From assembly GCA_963729895.1 (NCBI GenBank), contig CAVSQB010000040.1, positions 1 through 39,178 of the forward strand: a stretch of 39,178 nucleotides of DNA. The letters run 5' to 3'. Made by a program: the position numbers and the translations under genes. Source of the stretch: an uncultured Fibrobacterota bacterium (GTDB lineage Bacteria; Fibrobacterota; Chitinivibrionia; Chitinivibrionales; FEN-1185). Below are positions 1-10,081 of the stretch, piece by piece; position 1 is the stretch's first letter; each line of letters opens with the position of its first letter. The notes under the pieces are model-generated. The model was not told the origin of the DNA and did no database searches. It saw only the letters and a list, made by a program, of their open reading frames with translations.

Positions 1-179
1 TCCGGCGGTATCGAAGGGCGTCCCATCCGGCTGTACATCGCCTCAAAGTCACGAGAAAGGCGGCGCAGCGCTATGTCCGTAAACTGTTTGACACGACGAA
101 GCGGGTGCGTTGCCGGCACTCGGGAATCCGGAGAAACGAAGCTGAACATACCGCCTTGGGCTGGCTGGGAACCTCTCAT
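1..179 (-). CDS. IS5-family transposase, N-terminal part (partial; not in the ORF track)
   Basis: Hand translation from the ATG at 179 (AAGGAG RBS upstream) gives MRGSQPAQGGMFSFVSPDSRVPATHPLRRVKQFTDIALRRLSRDFEAMYSRMGRPSIPP. This matches the MRG...MFS...RVP..HPLR...GRPSIPPE N-terminus of IS5-family transposases. Confidence 0.9.
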   Translation of the reverse strand, partial: MRGSQPAQGGMFSFVSPDSRVPATHPLRRVKQFTDIALRRLSRDFEAMYSRMGRPSIPP

Positions 180-254
180 CAATACTCCTTGGTTGGGGTT
201 CCCCTATAATATAAGGATAAATGTTTACAAAAGGGAGACTTTTTCAACACCCTG
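1..254 (-). mobile_element. IS5-family insertion sequence, left end (partial, runs off the window start)
   Basis: On the minus strand the end reads CTAG|CAGGGTGTTGAAAAAG. This fits the terminal repeat and CTAG target (255-258) of this IS5 group and lies upstream of a transposase start at 179. Confidence 0.85.
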
Positions 255-807
255 CTAGGGGCGCCCGCGCAAATCGAATAAGCATTCGGCGCGCTATGTA
301 GATTCCGCCGGTCGTTCTATTGTTGTGGTCTATGAAGTCGTCAACCTTTGTTGAAATCACTGCATTAAATTCACCGTCAGTTCGAAGACCAAGATCGGCT
401 TGAAACCAAAGAATGGCTCGTTCGGTTTTTTCTCCGTAAATGTCATCTACCTTTCCAAGATAATATCCCAAAAGCTGCAATTGGCGTTGTATCCTACTTA
501 CTGAGTTCCAGGGGCCCAAGTAGGTCCAAATGTGGATAGGAATAATGCCTTTTCCCGATGGCGGTTCCAAATCGGGTTCCTTATGATGAAAAATTCTGTA
601 GGTAGTATCAAACACCATAAAATCAACGGAGCTATCCTCAGCCATCTTGAAGCCAAAATATCCGTTATTTACCGGGTGGACCGCCGCCGGTGTGGGCCCA
701 ACCAGGGTCGCAGGACCAGGATCAATTCTCACTGAATTATTAACTCCAGGCGCAGTCTGGAAACAGAACAATACATCAGCCAAAATCGCATCAAGCTTTT
801 TTGCCAA
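244..807 (-). pseudogene. Peptidoglycan-binding domain protein, C-terminally truncated by the IS5 element
   Basis: PG_binding_1-like segment VSRIQRQLQLLGYYLGKVDDIYGEKTERAILWFQADLGLRTDG. The last codons and the stop lie inside the IS end, past the CTAG target. TTG start with GGAG RBS. Confidence 0.7.
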
Positions 808-827
808 TGTTGTGCTCCTTTTCCAAT

Positions 828-1943
828 TTAGTAAGGTAGTTTTTTTGCTTTGGGCGTTTTGAGAAATACCACCCTGGTTTTTCCAAGAGGAATATTCTTT
901 TCCGTTGCTTTTCCATTATTGTCAAGATTTCCCTTCCGCACGGCGCCATTGGGCAAATAGACTTGGTAGGGCTCGTTGGCTATGGGTTTGCCGGTGTGAT
1001 CAACGAGAGAAAGGTCGATTTCATCAGACAACAGCAAGAAGCCCGAACGTTCCTGCAATTCCTCCACGGTCGCCAAAAAGAAGAACTGAGGCAGCCTGTA
1101 CTTTTTACCGCCTTCTTTGCCCAGTGCGGGATCTTCATCATCACTCTCATACTGATACGTCCATGAGACTTTTGCGCTGTTATTGTTGATAGTGGTATCA
1201 AGCGTTGTAACAGCTTTATCGGGAGCCGAGCCACATCGTTTGTAAATGGTAAAGGTTACTTTCGCACCGGCATCAACGCCCAAGGTATCAACCGTTAAAT
1301 CAACGGATTTTCCAACGTCCGTCTTTTGTACCGACCACTGCGCATTCACGATCCCCCGAAGCGTCACCGTGTAATTCCCCTGCGGCACTCCCAGCCGTTT
1401 GATCCGGCCGCCGAGCACACCGCTTGATTTCGAGTTGTCGGGATACGTGAGCACATATCCGATGCCGCCCACCGGCAGATTTCCGCCGTCGACAAAACTC
1501 ATGTCCAGGTAATGATCGCCGACCTGGTTGGTCTGCGGCGTCTGTCCCGCAAGGGCCGCCGACGCCAGCGCCCCGGCCGTTCCCGACCCTCCCCCGGCTC
1601 CACCGCCGCCGCCGCCGCCACCCCCTCCTCCGCCGCCGCCGGCTTCACCAATGAGAACGGTCATACAGCCGAGTACAATTGAACTGGGCGGACCGACGCA
1701 CACGGCCATGTCACCCATGCGCGCGGCAGGCTTGCCGCCGATGAGAACGCCGGTGCTGCCGAGGGTGATTGGTCCTCCGACGTGCGGAATGGGTGGAGTC
1801 CCGGGCGTCGCCATCGGGCACACGTGCATGTCACCCATTGTGGCGGCAGGCATACCGCCGATCAGGACTGTCGGGCACCCGGGGCCGGTAATTGTGCCGC
1901 CATGTGCAGTCATGTCGCCAAGCCGTGCGGCCGGTTTGCCCAT
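828..1943 (-). CDS. PAAR domain protein with poly-Gly linker and C-terminal extension (T6SS/eCIS spike tip)
   Basis: ATG at 1943 gives MGKPAARLGDMTAHGG..., with PAAR/PAAT motifs and the HVCP...PHVGG metal ligands. A poly-Gly linker and about 240 aa of extension follow. Confidence 0.9.
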   Translation of the reverse strand: MGKPAARLGDMTAHGGTITGPGCPTVLIGGMPAATMGDMHVCPMATPGTPPIPHVGGPITLGSTGVLIGGKPAARMGDMAVCVGPPSSIVLGCMTVLIGEAGGGGGGGGGGGGGGAGGGSGTAGALASAALAGQTPQTNQVGDHYLDMSFVDGGNLPVGGIGYVLTYPDNSKSSGVLGGRIKRLGVPQGNYTVTLRGIVNAQWSVQKTDVGKSVDLTVDTLGVDAGAKVTFTIYKRCGSAPDKAVTTLDTTINNNSAKVSWTYQYESDDEDPALGKEGGKKYRLPQFFFLATVEELQERSGFLLLSDEIDLSLVDHTGKPIANEPYQVYLPNGAVRKGNLDNNGKATEKNIPLGKTRVVFLKTPKAKKLPY

Positions 1944-2086
1944 ACTTCCGCTCCAATCGAAAAGAAGATTGATTTTCAATATAAATCCGCAACAATCACC
2001 GGAGAAATAGATTCCTGAGAAAGGAGGATCACCAAAAAAGTCTTTAATTCGCACCTTTCGGATGGCAGTATTATTTTCAAGATGGT

Positions 2087-3001
2087 ATGAGTGAAATCAG
2101 TGGGACCGATAGCCGGGCCTCCTCACCAACCCCGCAGGCCGATAGGAAAACCGCAGTGAACCTTCTCGCAAGGCTTGAAAAAAAGAGCAGACTCTTTGGG
2201 GTAGTCGTCGGGTCCGTGCTCATCGTATGCGTGGGCATCGCCGACTACCTGACCGGCTATGAGTTCGCATTTTCCTTGTTCTATCTTATTCCGATATCGC
2301 TGGTCACCTGGGTCGCGGGCCGGCGACTCGGAATCGCGGCCTCTCTGGCCAGCGCCACAGTTTGGCTTTTTACGGATGTAGCCGCCGGACATTCGTACCT
2401 GCGCCTGATCTTCTATGTCTGGAATTTTCTCATCGAACTCGGTTTCTTTGTTACAGTCACACTCCTCCTGTCGGCGTTACGAAGGGCGCTGGAACACGAA
2501 AGAGCATTGGCCAATACCGACTATCTGACGACCGCGGTGAATTCCCGTTTCTTCTTTGACCTGGTGCAGAAGGAAATAAACCGTGCCCAGAGATACAAAC
2601 GACCTTTCACGCTCGCCTATATCGACATTGACAACTTCAAGACGGTGAACGACCGGTTCGGACACATGGCGGGCGACCGGGTGCTCCGTTCCGTGGTGAA
2701 ACACGCGAGGAAATATCTGCGAAAGACGGATGTGGTCGCCCGCCTCGGCGGCGATGAATTCGCGTTGTTGCTGCCGGAGACCGGACAGGAATCCGCACAG
2801 GTGGTTGTCTCAAAAATCCAACACGAGATTCTGGAAGGAATGCGTCAGAGCAACTGGTCGATAACTATTTCCGCCGGGGTATTGACGTGCGTCAACGCGC
2901 CGCACACGTCGGACGAAATAATAGGAATAGCCGATGATTTGATGTACTCGGTAAAGCGGGAAAACAAGAATGGTATCAAATATTCGGTTTACGCGGGATG
3001 A
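2087..3001 (+). CDS. Membrane-bound diguanylate cyclase (GGDEF)
   Basis: Four hydrophobic segments, then DIDNFKTVNDRFGHMAGD, the RxxD I-site (RKTD) and an intact GGDEF motif. Confidence 0.93.
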   Translation: MSEISGTDSRASSPTPQADRKTAVNLLARLEKKSRLFGVVVGSVLIVCVGIADYLTGYEFAFSLFYLIPISLVTWVAGRRLGIAASLASATVWLFTDVAAGHSYLRLIFYVWNFLIELGFFVTVTLLLSALRRALEHERALANTDYLTTAVNSRFFFDLVQKEINRAQRYKRPFTLAYIDIDNFKTVNDRFGHMAGDRVLRSVVKHARKYLRKTDVVARLGGDEFALLLPETGQESAQVVVSKIQHEILEGMRQSNWSITISAGVLTCVNAPHTSDEIIGIADDLMYSVKRENKNGIKYSVYAG

Positions 3002-3049
3002 TGTGCAGGTACAAGGCAATTGTAAACAGGAAACGAAATCCCTCCCATT

Positions 3050-4102
3050 TTACCCCGCTCTCTCAATCACTCCCCCGCCAACCACCATTGTTCCGTCATA
3101 AATAACCGCGGACTGGCCGGGCGCAATTGCACGCACAGGCTCCAAGAGTTTTATGTGAAAAGTTTTGGAGTCTGACAGGGAAATCCTGGCCCTGACCGGC
3201 TTGCTCCTGTACCTCACCTGAACGTCGTAATCTACCGAGCTATCAATACGATAGTCACTTGCAAGAATAGCGTCATTCACGAGAATAGTTTCAGCCCACA
3301 AGTCGTCTTCGATACCAACAACAATAGTGTTTTCCGAAGTCCTGATCTCCTTGACAAACATCTTCTTACCAAGCGCGCCCAGGCCTTTTCTCTGCCCCAC
3401 CGTGTAGTTGTGGATGCCTGCATGGCGTCCCACTTCTTTTCCGCCCGTATCGACTATCGGGCCCTCTCCCGCGAGCGCGGCGTTTTTAAAAACCGCCGAA
3501 TAATTGCCGTCTTCGACAAAACAGATGTCCTGGCTTTCCGGCTTGTGCGCGGTGACAAGACGCAGCTCTGCGGCGATACCCCGGATTTCGCTTTTGGTCC
3601 TGCCGCCGACCGGAAACACGATGCGCTCGATGGCCGCGCCGTAGATGACATACAGGAAATAGGCCTGGTCCTTTGCCGGGTCGATGCCGCGGTAAAGCCG
3701 GTTTCCCCGGCGAACGGCATAATGGCCCGTGGCCACGAACTCGCACCCAAGTTCATCCGCTTTATTCATGAGAAAACCAAATTTCACGAATTGGTTGCAC
3801 CGTACGCAGGGATTCGGCGTGCGTCCGGCTTTGTATTCCCGGACAAAATCGGCAATAACGGTTTGCCTGAAGACTTCCACGGCGTTCACCGTGTAGTGCG
3901 GAATTCCTATCGCCTCCGCAACGAGCTTTGCGTCCCGCGACGCGTCGTAGCCGCAGCACGAGGCGCCCGACGCGCAGTCGGCCGCGCTTTTGTCAAGCAT
4001 ATTCATGGTGATGCCGACCACCTCGTGGCCGTCACGGGCAAGCAATGCCGCCGCAACCGACGAATCCACCCCTCCGCTCATGGCGACCAGGATGCGTGAC
4101 AT
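3050..4102 (-). CDS. mnmA: tRNA 2-thiouridine(34) synthase
   Basis: SGGVDS PP-loop plus TPNPCVRCN, ATGHY, KDQAYFL, ESQDICF, YTVGQRKGLG and APGQSAVIY motifs. Confidence 0.97.
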   Translation of the reverse strand: MSRILVAMSGGVDSSVAAALLARDGHEVVGITMNMLDKSAADCASGASCCGYDASRDAKLVAEAIGIPHYTVNAVEVFRQTVIADFVREYKAGRTPNPCVRCNQFVKFGFLMNKADELGCEFVATGHYAVRRGNRLYRGIDPAKDQAYFLYVIYGAAIERIVFPVGGRTKSEIRGIAAELRLVTAHKPESQDICFVEDGNYSAVFKNAALAGEGPIVDTGGKEVGRHAGIHNYTVGQRKGLGALGKKMFVKEIRTSENTIVVGIEDDLWAETILVNDAILASDYRIDSSVDYDVQVRYRSKPVRARISLSDSKTFHIKLLEPVRAIAPGQSAVIYDGTMVVGGGVIERAG

Positions 4103-4336
4103 AAAAACCCGGGCTCCAGATTACAAGGGTGGAGGTTTCAGGTTTCTGAACATGGAAACCGCGGACGAACGCGTCATGAAGGGAACGAGAAACGAGGCCG
4201 AAGAGAAACCAAGCAGGCCTGCCCGTTTTTCCCTCTTGGTAATTTGAAGATCATTTTTTTGGATCATGGCAGACAAGAATTGAATTATTTTCTTGCTGAG
4301 AATAGAAATGCTTGCTGCTGAGGGATAAAATACTCC

Positions 4337-4798
4337 ATGTTCAGAGAAAAAATGATACTGCTGGAGGACGCGCTTAGGAAGAAAGCGTTCCCTTCCATCG
4401 AGACATTCGAATGCCCGTTTGAGAAACAGGCGGGGCGAAACGGCGTGATTCGCATCATTTTCCCCGAATTTACCTGCCTTTGCCCGAAGACGGGATATCC
4501 GGACTTCGCCTCAATCGATCTGTACTATCTGCCGGCCAGGCTCTGCATCGAGCTGAAGTCGTGGAAATTGTACCTGAACTCTTTTCGCATGGTAGGCACG
4601 TTTCACGAAACGGTGTGCGCCCATTTATTCGAAACCGTCAAGATGTTGGTGAGGCCGAAATGGCTCCTTATGGTTGGCGACTTTCTTCCGCGCGGCAATG
4701 TGAATACCACGGTGATGCTTGAAGAGGGCACTAGGCCGGCCACGGCGAATCTTCTGGTTAAGAAATACGCTTCGAGGGCGAGAACATTTACAGACTAG
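4337..4798 (+). CDS. queF: NADPH-dependent 7-cyano-7-deazaguanine (preQ0) reductase, unimodular type
   Basis: PEFTCLCPKTGYPDF with the catalytic Cys/Asp, QueF motif ELKSWKLYLNSFR, FHE and PRG. Confidence 0.88.
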   Translation: MFREKMILLEDALRKKAFPSIETFECPFEKQAGRNGVIRIIFPEFTCLCPKTGYPDFASIDLYYLPARLCIELKSWKLYLNSFRMVGTFHETVCAHLFETVKMLVRPKWLLMVGDFLPRGNVNTTVMLEEGTRPATANLLVKKYASRARTFTD

Positions 4799-5058
4799 CG
4801 AAACGAATTTTCCAGGGTTCCAGGGCCGCCCGGAACGCATCGGTTGACTTTATGCGAGCGGCCCTATCACGCTATGTACCAACGTCTTACTTAGCGTCGG
4901 CCTACTCAGCAAATCATGCAATTCTTCATTGATACGTGACGCCCGCGTTTTTTCGATTCCAAGCGGCAAAAGATCGAATCTCATTTTCAGTGAAACAAAT
5001 GCCCCGATCCAGCGACTATACTCGTGGAGCCAGAAGCGGAAAATCCGGCGAGGGCCTG

Positions 5059-5628
5059 ATGAATGAGGACGTGGCGCTGGTTTTGCAACAGTGCTTGAGA
5101 AACGATCGCAGGGCTCAGCGAGACCTTTTCAATTGCTACAAGCACAAGGTGCATGATCTCGTCTACAAGTCGCTGGGCCCCAGGTTTGACGTTGATGACG
5201 TGGTTCAGCAGGTGTTCATTGAAGTATTCAAGAGCCTGTCGCGCTTTAAGGGCGATTCTTCGCTGGATACGTGGGTGTACAGAATAAGTCTGAAAGTATG
5301 CACGACGCAACTGAGAAAAAAATACAGAAAACGGCAGCCTCAGATCGTTTTCGGTTCCGAACAGGCCGATGCTGAGGTCGATGTGAGAGCGGCAAACCCC
5401 TCCCTCGGCATGGAACAAAAGGAGCTCAAATCGGCGATATACGGCGCACTTGACAAACTGGATGCCGAAAAGAGGATGACCGTAGTGATGTACGAAATGG
5501 AAGGCAGATCGCTGGAAGAGATTGCACAAGCGGCAAAGATCCCGCTGGGAACCGTCAAATCGCGGCTGTTCCACGGGAGAAAAATGCTGGAAAAACTTCT
5601 CAACCGTTATCTGGAAAAACAGGAATAG
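5059..5628 (+). CDS. ECF-type RNA polymerase sigma-70 factor
   Basis: Region 2 DDVVQQVFIEVFKSLSRFKGDSSLDTWVYRI and region 4 SLEEIAQAAKIPLGTVKSRLFHGR. The start may instead be ATG 4999. Confidence 0.92.
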   Translation: MNEDVALVLQQCLRNDRRAQRDLFNCYKHKVHDLVYKSLGPRFDVDDVVQQVFIEVFKSLSRFKGDSSLDTWVYRISLKVCTTQLRKKYRKRQPQIVFGSEQADAEVDVRAANPSLGMEQKELKSAIYGALDKLDAEKRMTVVMYEMEGRSLEEIAQAAKIPLGTVKSRLFHGRKMLEKLLNRYLEKQE

Positions 5629-5632
5629 GGTT

Positions 5633-7504
5633 ATGACGACCGTACCCGGCAACAACTATTCGCGGCGCACAAGCCTGGGTGAGCTTCTGAGAGAAGTGCA
5701 GGTGCCCTCGAAAACGGATGACGAGTGGCAGAAGCTGGAAAACGATCTCATGCTTCGTCTTGATGCACCTGGGCCCGCACCCCGGTTCAGGTTCGCCCGT
5801 GACGCACTTCGGCCCGGGTTTGCCTGGGCTGCAGTCGCCGTGCTTGTGTTTTCCGTTGCCGGCGCGGGCATCGCTATCTCTCTCGTCAAAAACGGGGCCG
5901 GCGCACCAACGGCCAGCATCGTGAGCATCCGCGGCGCGGTTGCAGTGGCATGGCGAGGAAAAGGCTCGGCCCGGACCATAACCGACCTTGCCAAAGCCCC
6001 CACCAGATTCGCCGGCCCCGGTACAGCCATCTCGACGCCCGACAACAGCAGCGCAATTGTCCGCCTCGACAAAGGCAGTGTCGTGGAACTCCTGCCCGGT
6101 TCGCGGCTGGTTATTACGTCATCAAGCCCGTCGCAACAGGTTTGTTTCCTCTCAACGGGGAGCGCGCTTTTCAAGGTGAACAAACGGACGCATGGCCAGA
6201 AATTCGAAATAAGGACTCACTGCGCCTCGTGCAGGGTGATAGGCACCATTTTCAGGGTGGATGCCTTGGGCGACTCACTCACGACCCTTTCCGTGTACCA
6301 GGGCAGGGTGAAGCTCACGCCGCTGCACGGCGCACAGGGCGCGGAAGCATTCGTTGAAACCGGCCGTCAGCTTACGGTGGGGCCCAAGGCACAGCCTTTC
6401 GCACGCAGGCTCACCCCGGCGGCGGCGCCGATCCATGACATCTCGGTGCTGGGCATGCTGCTGGACCCAACCGCGGCCGGCGACGGCCTGCTTGACATCG
6501 ACTCGCAACCCGAGGGAGCGAAAGTCCTGATCGACGGCGCCATGGCGGGCAAAGCTCCGCTGCTTGTCAAGAAACCCAGAGGCGCCTATTCGGTCGTCGT
6601 CTGCGCCGAGGGGTATGCACCCTGGAACGCCACCGTCGTTCTTGACGCCGACCTCGTGTGCGAGGTGCACGCCCACTTGTCCAGCCTTGCGTCTGCGGGG
6701 AAGCCGGCATCACGGATGCGCAGGCCGTCCGCACCGGTCGCGCGCATCCTTGACCGACAGGAACAGTGCGAAGCGGAGCTGCAGCTTATGCCCGACTACG
6801 TTGAGGCGCTCGTGGACATTTCGAGCGGCGAGTACCAGCAGGCGCTCGAAATCTTCGATTCGCTTTCGAACAGCGGCCTCGTGGACATTAAGGCGCGGAC
6901 ATGCCTCATGGACAAGGTGAACGCCTGCTACTCCAGGCTGGGTGATTTCGAAAAGGCGTCCGAAGCTCTTGAAGACAGATACCAGAAGGTTTCTACGCCG
7001 CAGGATAAAGGACAACTGCTGTGGGAAATGGCCACAATGCGGGCAAACTGCCTGGGCGACTATCAGGGGGCGGAAATGGCGCTGGTGGAGTTCCTCATTC
7101 TTCAGCCCAACGCTCTGTGGGCGCACAGCGCCTACGGGAAACTTGCGGAAATCCAGTATTATCTTAACAAGTACGATGTCGCGGCGGAAACCTACGCGAA
7201 ACAGATCGCCACGTTCCCCGACGATCCCGACATCGACAAATCGATGTTCAATCTCGCATGTATTCTCGGGCAGGACCTCAACAAATATGAAAAAGCGGCG
7301 CGCTGGTATTCGCGGCTTATCGACTCCTTCCATGCCAGCAAGTACCGTGCGGCCGCTTTTTTCCGCCGCGGCGAATGTGAAATGCAAATGGGGAGAAAGG
7401 CTGAAGCGGAGAGAGACTTCAGGAGTTATCTGCAGATGTCGCCTGACGGGACATGGCGCGAGACGTGTTTTGCTAATATATCTAAAATCAACTCATTGCA
7501 ATAA
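5633..7504 (+). CDS. FecR-domain anti-sigma factor with PEGA and TPR domains
   Basis: Starts 4 nt after the sigma gene. One TM segment, FecR motif (FEIRT...VIGTIFRV...LSVYQGRV), PEGA (IDSQPEGAKVLIDG) and C-terminal TPR helices. Confidence 0.85.
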   Translation: MTTVPGNNYSRRTSLGELLREVQVPSKTDDEWQKLENDLMLRLDAPGPAPRFRFARDALRPGFAWAAVAVLVFSVAGAGIAISLVKNGAGAPTASIVSIRGAVAVAWRGKGSARTITDLAKAPTRFAGPGTAISTPDNSSAIVRLDKGSVVELLPGSRLVITSSSPSQQVCFLSTGSALFKVNKRTHGQKFEIRTHCASCRVIGTIFRVDALGDSLTTLSVYQGRVKLTPLHGAQGAEAFVETGRQLTVGPKAQPFARRLTPAAAPIHDISVLGMLLDPTAAGDGLLDIDSQPEGAKVLIDGAMAGKAPLLVKKPRGAYSVVVCAEGYAPWNATVVLDADLVCEVHAHLSSLASAGKPASRMRRPSAPVARILDRQEQCEAELQLMPDYVEALVDISSGEYQQALEIFDSLSNSGLVDIKARTCLMDKVNACYSRLGDFEKASEALEDRYQKVSTPQDKGQLLWEMATMRANCLGDYQGAEMALVEFLILQPNALWAHSAYGKLAEIQYYLNKYDVAAETYAKQIATFPDDPDIDKSMFNLACILGQDLNKYEKAARWYSRLIDSFHASKYRAAAFFRRGECEMQMGRKAEAERDFRSYLQMSPDGTWRETCFANISKINSLQ

Positions 7505-7754
7505 TAGCCTAAAGTTAAATGTGTATTGATATGGTTTTGTCCTAACAATTGCCTTTTACAATAAATGAATAAATTAAAATGTTTTTGGGAGCTTCGCGGG
7601 GTGCGGCGTAGTGGGGCCTGTGGCAAGACCGGAATACCCGTTGCGCGCACCCTTGAAGCGGCAGTTGTGAAGTAGAGAGACAGCATCGATTCAGCCTTAG
7701 GCGTTTGGAAACTGTCAGGTGAATACTATATCAATACACCCCTTTCTTGTTTCA

Positions 7755-8417
7755 TCATTGCAGAACCACCGTGTCTTTCCCGTTCGTGCGCACCACTCGT
7801 TTGCCGATCATGCCGGCAGCAACCCTCATTGTTTTTTCGCAGAAAAAATTGATGTGCGTGACGTCCTTTATGTACCACCAGGCGAGAAAGTCTTCCGCGG
7901 GATCATACAGGCGCGTGTGGATGTAAACAATGCCCTCCGGTTTCAGAAGCTTCGAGATAAGACCGAGTTCCTGCGGCAAGTTCCGCAGGTGTTCCACAGC
8001 TTCACATGCGACAACAATGTCGAATGGTTCCTGCAATGGCAAGGCAAAAAGCCCGTACAGCGGGTCGTGCGGCATGCAGTGCGCTCCCCTCTCATTGAGG
8101 ATATCGGAGAGGACATGATGAGGACCCGAGCCGAAATCAACTATGCGCGGCGACTCCTTTCGCAGGTCCAGCACATCGTTCGCGATTGCGGACAGATAGG
8201 CTTCGTAGGCTTTGTCGCCCTTGTCGTTTGTGTGCTTGCTGTATCGGACTTTCTCTTCTTCGGGCGTCACGTGGCATTCTTCGGGAACAAAAATGAGGGC
8301 GCATTCGCCGCAGCGGAAATACGGCCGCGCGGCGTCCCTGCAGTATTCGGCGCTGCGGGGCGATCCGCACAGCCTGCATGCGGCCGTTGTCCGCTCTCGG
8401 GGTGGTTCGACTCGCAC
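7755..8417 (-). CDS. Class I SAM-dependent methyltransferase with N-terminal Zn-binding motif
   Basis: CRLCG...CGEC, motif I VDFGSGP, EAVEHL and WWYIKDVTHINFF. Confidence 0.85.
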   Translation of the reverse strand: MRVEPPRERTTAACRLCGSPRSAEYCRDAARPYFRCGECALIFVPEECHVTPEEEKVRYSKHTNDKGDKAYEAYLSAIANDVLDLRKESPRIVDFGSGPHHVLSDILNERGAHCMPHDPLYGLFALPLQEPFDIVVACEAVEHLRNLPQELGLISKLLKPEGIVYIHTRLYDPAEDFLAWWYIKDVTHINFFCEKTMRVAAGMIGKRVVRTNGKDTVVLQ

Positions 8418-8424
8418 GCGGCGT

Positions 8425-9435
8425 TTACCCTTGTTCCAACCAACCAGTCAGCTTGTCCCAGATCAGATTCGGGTCACTGCCGCCGGCGTTCAATCCCTGA
8501 GCGAATTCCTCATCCGACACCTTGAGATTGCAGACGGCGGCGATGCACAGTGCCGCACGCGCCATGTCCCGCCGGAGGCGAGTCCACGAGTAACCTTTTT
8601 CAAACAAGTGCGCCGCAAAATCCGGCAGTCCTTTTACGTTTTCGACGAGCACCGGCTGCATATCGTCCGAAACCTCAGGCAGTTCTTCAACAGCCACTAC
8701 GGATTTGCAAAAAGAAAGCGTGTCGGCCAGCACCTGCGGGGCGGTAATCGCCTTTTCCTGCAGCTTGTTCTCATGGTTGACACACGCCATAAAACTCTCC
8801 CGGATGCCGGACAGGGGCGGATGGGCGTCGAGCAGCAGGCTTACATCGAACACATGCTTGAGGCGCTGGGCCTCCTTGCCCTTTCCCAGAGGGATTCCAA
8901 GGGTCTGTGGCCCGAGCGTAAGCAGCTTGTCGCCGACGATGCTCGCCACAAGCGGGACCTCGGCCTTCACAACCGTCTTAAAAAGATCTCCGCACACGAT
9001 GGGAACGTCCTTGGTTGCATAAGGACTGCGCGTGAGCTGCGCGTCAAGCATGACAAACGAACCCGGTTCCTTCACATACTGGGATTTGAAGAAAAGGTAG
9101 TAACTCGACAGCGGCAGCCATGGTTTTGTTTTATGCTGCCGTTTGGTCCAGGAGGAAAACACGCCGCATTCCCGAACGATCTTGTCGAGAGCCTCCTCGA
9201 TCCGGCCCACCGTCTCGTTGGTGGCTATGTCGACGTCTATGGAAAATCGTTGGGGCGCCGGCAGAAGGATAAGCAGGGAATTGCCTCCCTTGAACTGGAA
9301 AGAAAGATCGGCCCACGAAAGTTCGGCCACGAGTTCCAGACAGTGGATGGCGGTTTCGGCAAGCGCCGGTGACGCCGCGAACGTATGGGATTCGATATGT
9401 TCTTTGGTAAACAAACCCGGGGAAGCAACCGACAT
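8425..9435 (-). CDS. AbiEii/AbiGii-family nucleotidyltransferase
   Basis: FKGGNSL...RFSIDVD motif, then DKL and KHVFDV. ATG 9435 has an AGGAGG RBS. Confidence 0.8.
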   Translation of the reverse strand: MSVASPGLFTKEHIESHTFAASPALAETAIHCLELVAELSWADLSFQFKGGNSLLILLPAPQRFSIDVDIATNETVGRIEEALDKIVRECGVFSSWTKRQHKTKPWLPLSSYYLFFKSQYVKEPGSFVMLDAQLTRSPYATKDVPIVCGDLFKTVVKAEVPLVASIVGDKLLTLGPQTLGIPLGKGKEAQRLKHVFDVSLLLDAHPPLSGIRESFMACVNHENKLQEKAITAPQVLADTLSFCKSVVAVEELPEVSDDMQPVLVENVKGLPDFAAHLFEKGYSWTRLRRDMARAALCIAAVCNLKVSDEEFAQGLNAGGSDPNLIWDKLTGWLEQG

Positions 9436-9626
9436 TCGCACAAGCCTCCTTTTTGCGGTCCGACAGTGCTGGATTCTTCTCATATACTACCATGAACCGG
9501 GAGATTCGAAAAGGGTTTTCTGCGACGGCCGGGCTTCTGCGCCGGTTGCCGTTTTTCGCTGCGTCAATGTAGTTTTATGGAACCGCGCAACGACGGGCAA
9601 AAACCTCGCACGGAGAAACTGGCGCA

Positions 9627-10013
9627 GTGATTAGCGTACTGCAGATAATCCTAGTTGTCGCCATCCTTGCAATGGCCGTTGTACTCCTGCTTCGCCGGCA
9701 CCTGGTTCTCCTCCGGTACTCCGCGGCCTGCAGAAAGTGGCCGCACACGGCGGGACGCATCACGTCGACACCGTACAATGACGATGAGCCGGCTTACGCG
9801 TTCCGTCTCGGCAGGGCCGGAGGTGCCTTCGAAATCACGTACACCTATTCCGTGGGGAGCGAAGAATATGAAGGGAATACGGTAAGCTTCAATCCGGAGC
9901 TGCGAAAGAACCCAACGCTCCTGCGAAGGGCCGCGGAACTCTACCGAATTGGTGAAGAAGTTCCCGTGTACTACCATCCCACAAAGCCGTACCTCTCGGT
10001 ACTCAAGCCCTAA
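9627..10013 (+). CDS. DUF3592-like membrane protein
   Basis: N-terminal TM segment, WPHTAGRITS, ITYTYSVGSEEYEG and GEEVPVYYHPTKPYLSVL. Confidence 0.75.
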   Translation: MISVLQIILVVAILAMAVVLLLRRHLVLLRYSAACRKWPHTAGRITSTPYNDDEPAYAFRLGRAGGAFEITYTYSVGSEEYEGNTVSFNPELRKNPTLLRRAAELYRIGEEVPVYYHPTKPYLSVLKP

Positions 10014-10081
10014 AGGACCGCGTTTGCGTATGTTCCCTCGAGGATCTCCCCCGACAAGGGAACGTACCGGAAGAGTTGTTC

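Noticed and set aside
73..258. 61-aa plus-strand ORF
   Set aside because: It is antisense to the IS5 transposase start and IS end.
1591..1640. GCC/CCT-rich low-complexity tract
   Set aside because: It encodes the poly-Gly linker of the PAAR protein.
1944..2054. N-terminal extension of the PAAR ORF
   Set aside because: The PAAR domain begins at ATG 1943. The extension is AT-rich divergent promoter sequence.
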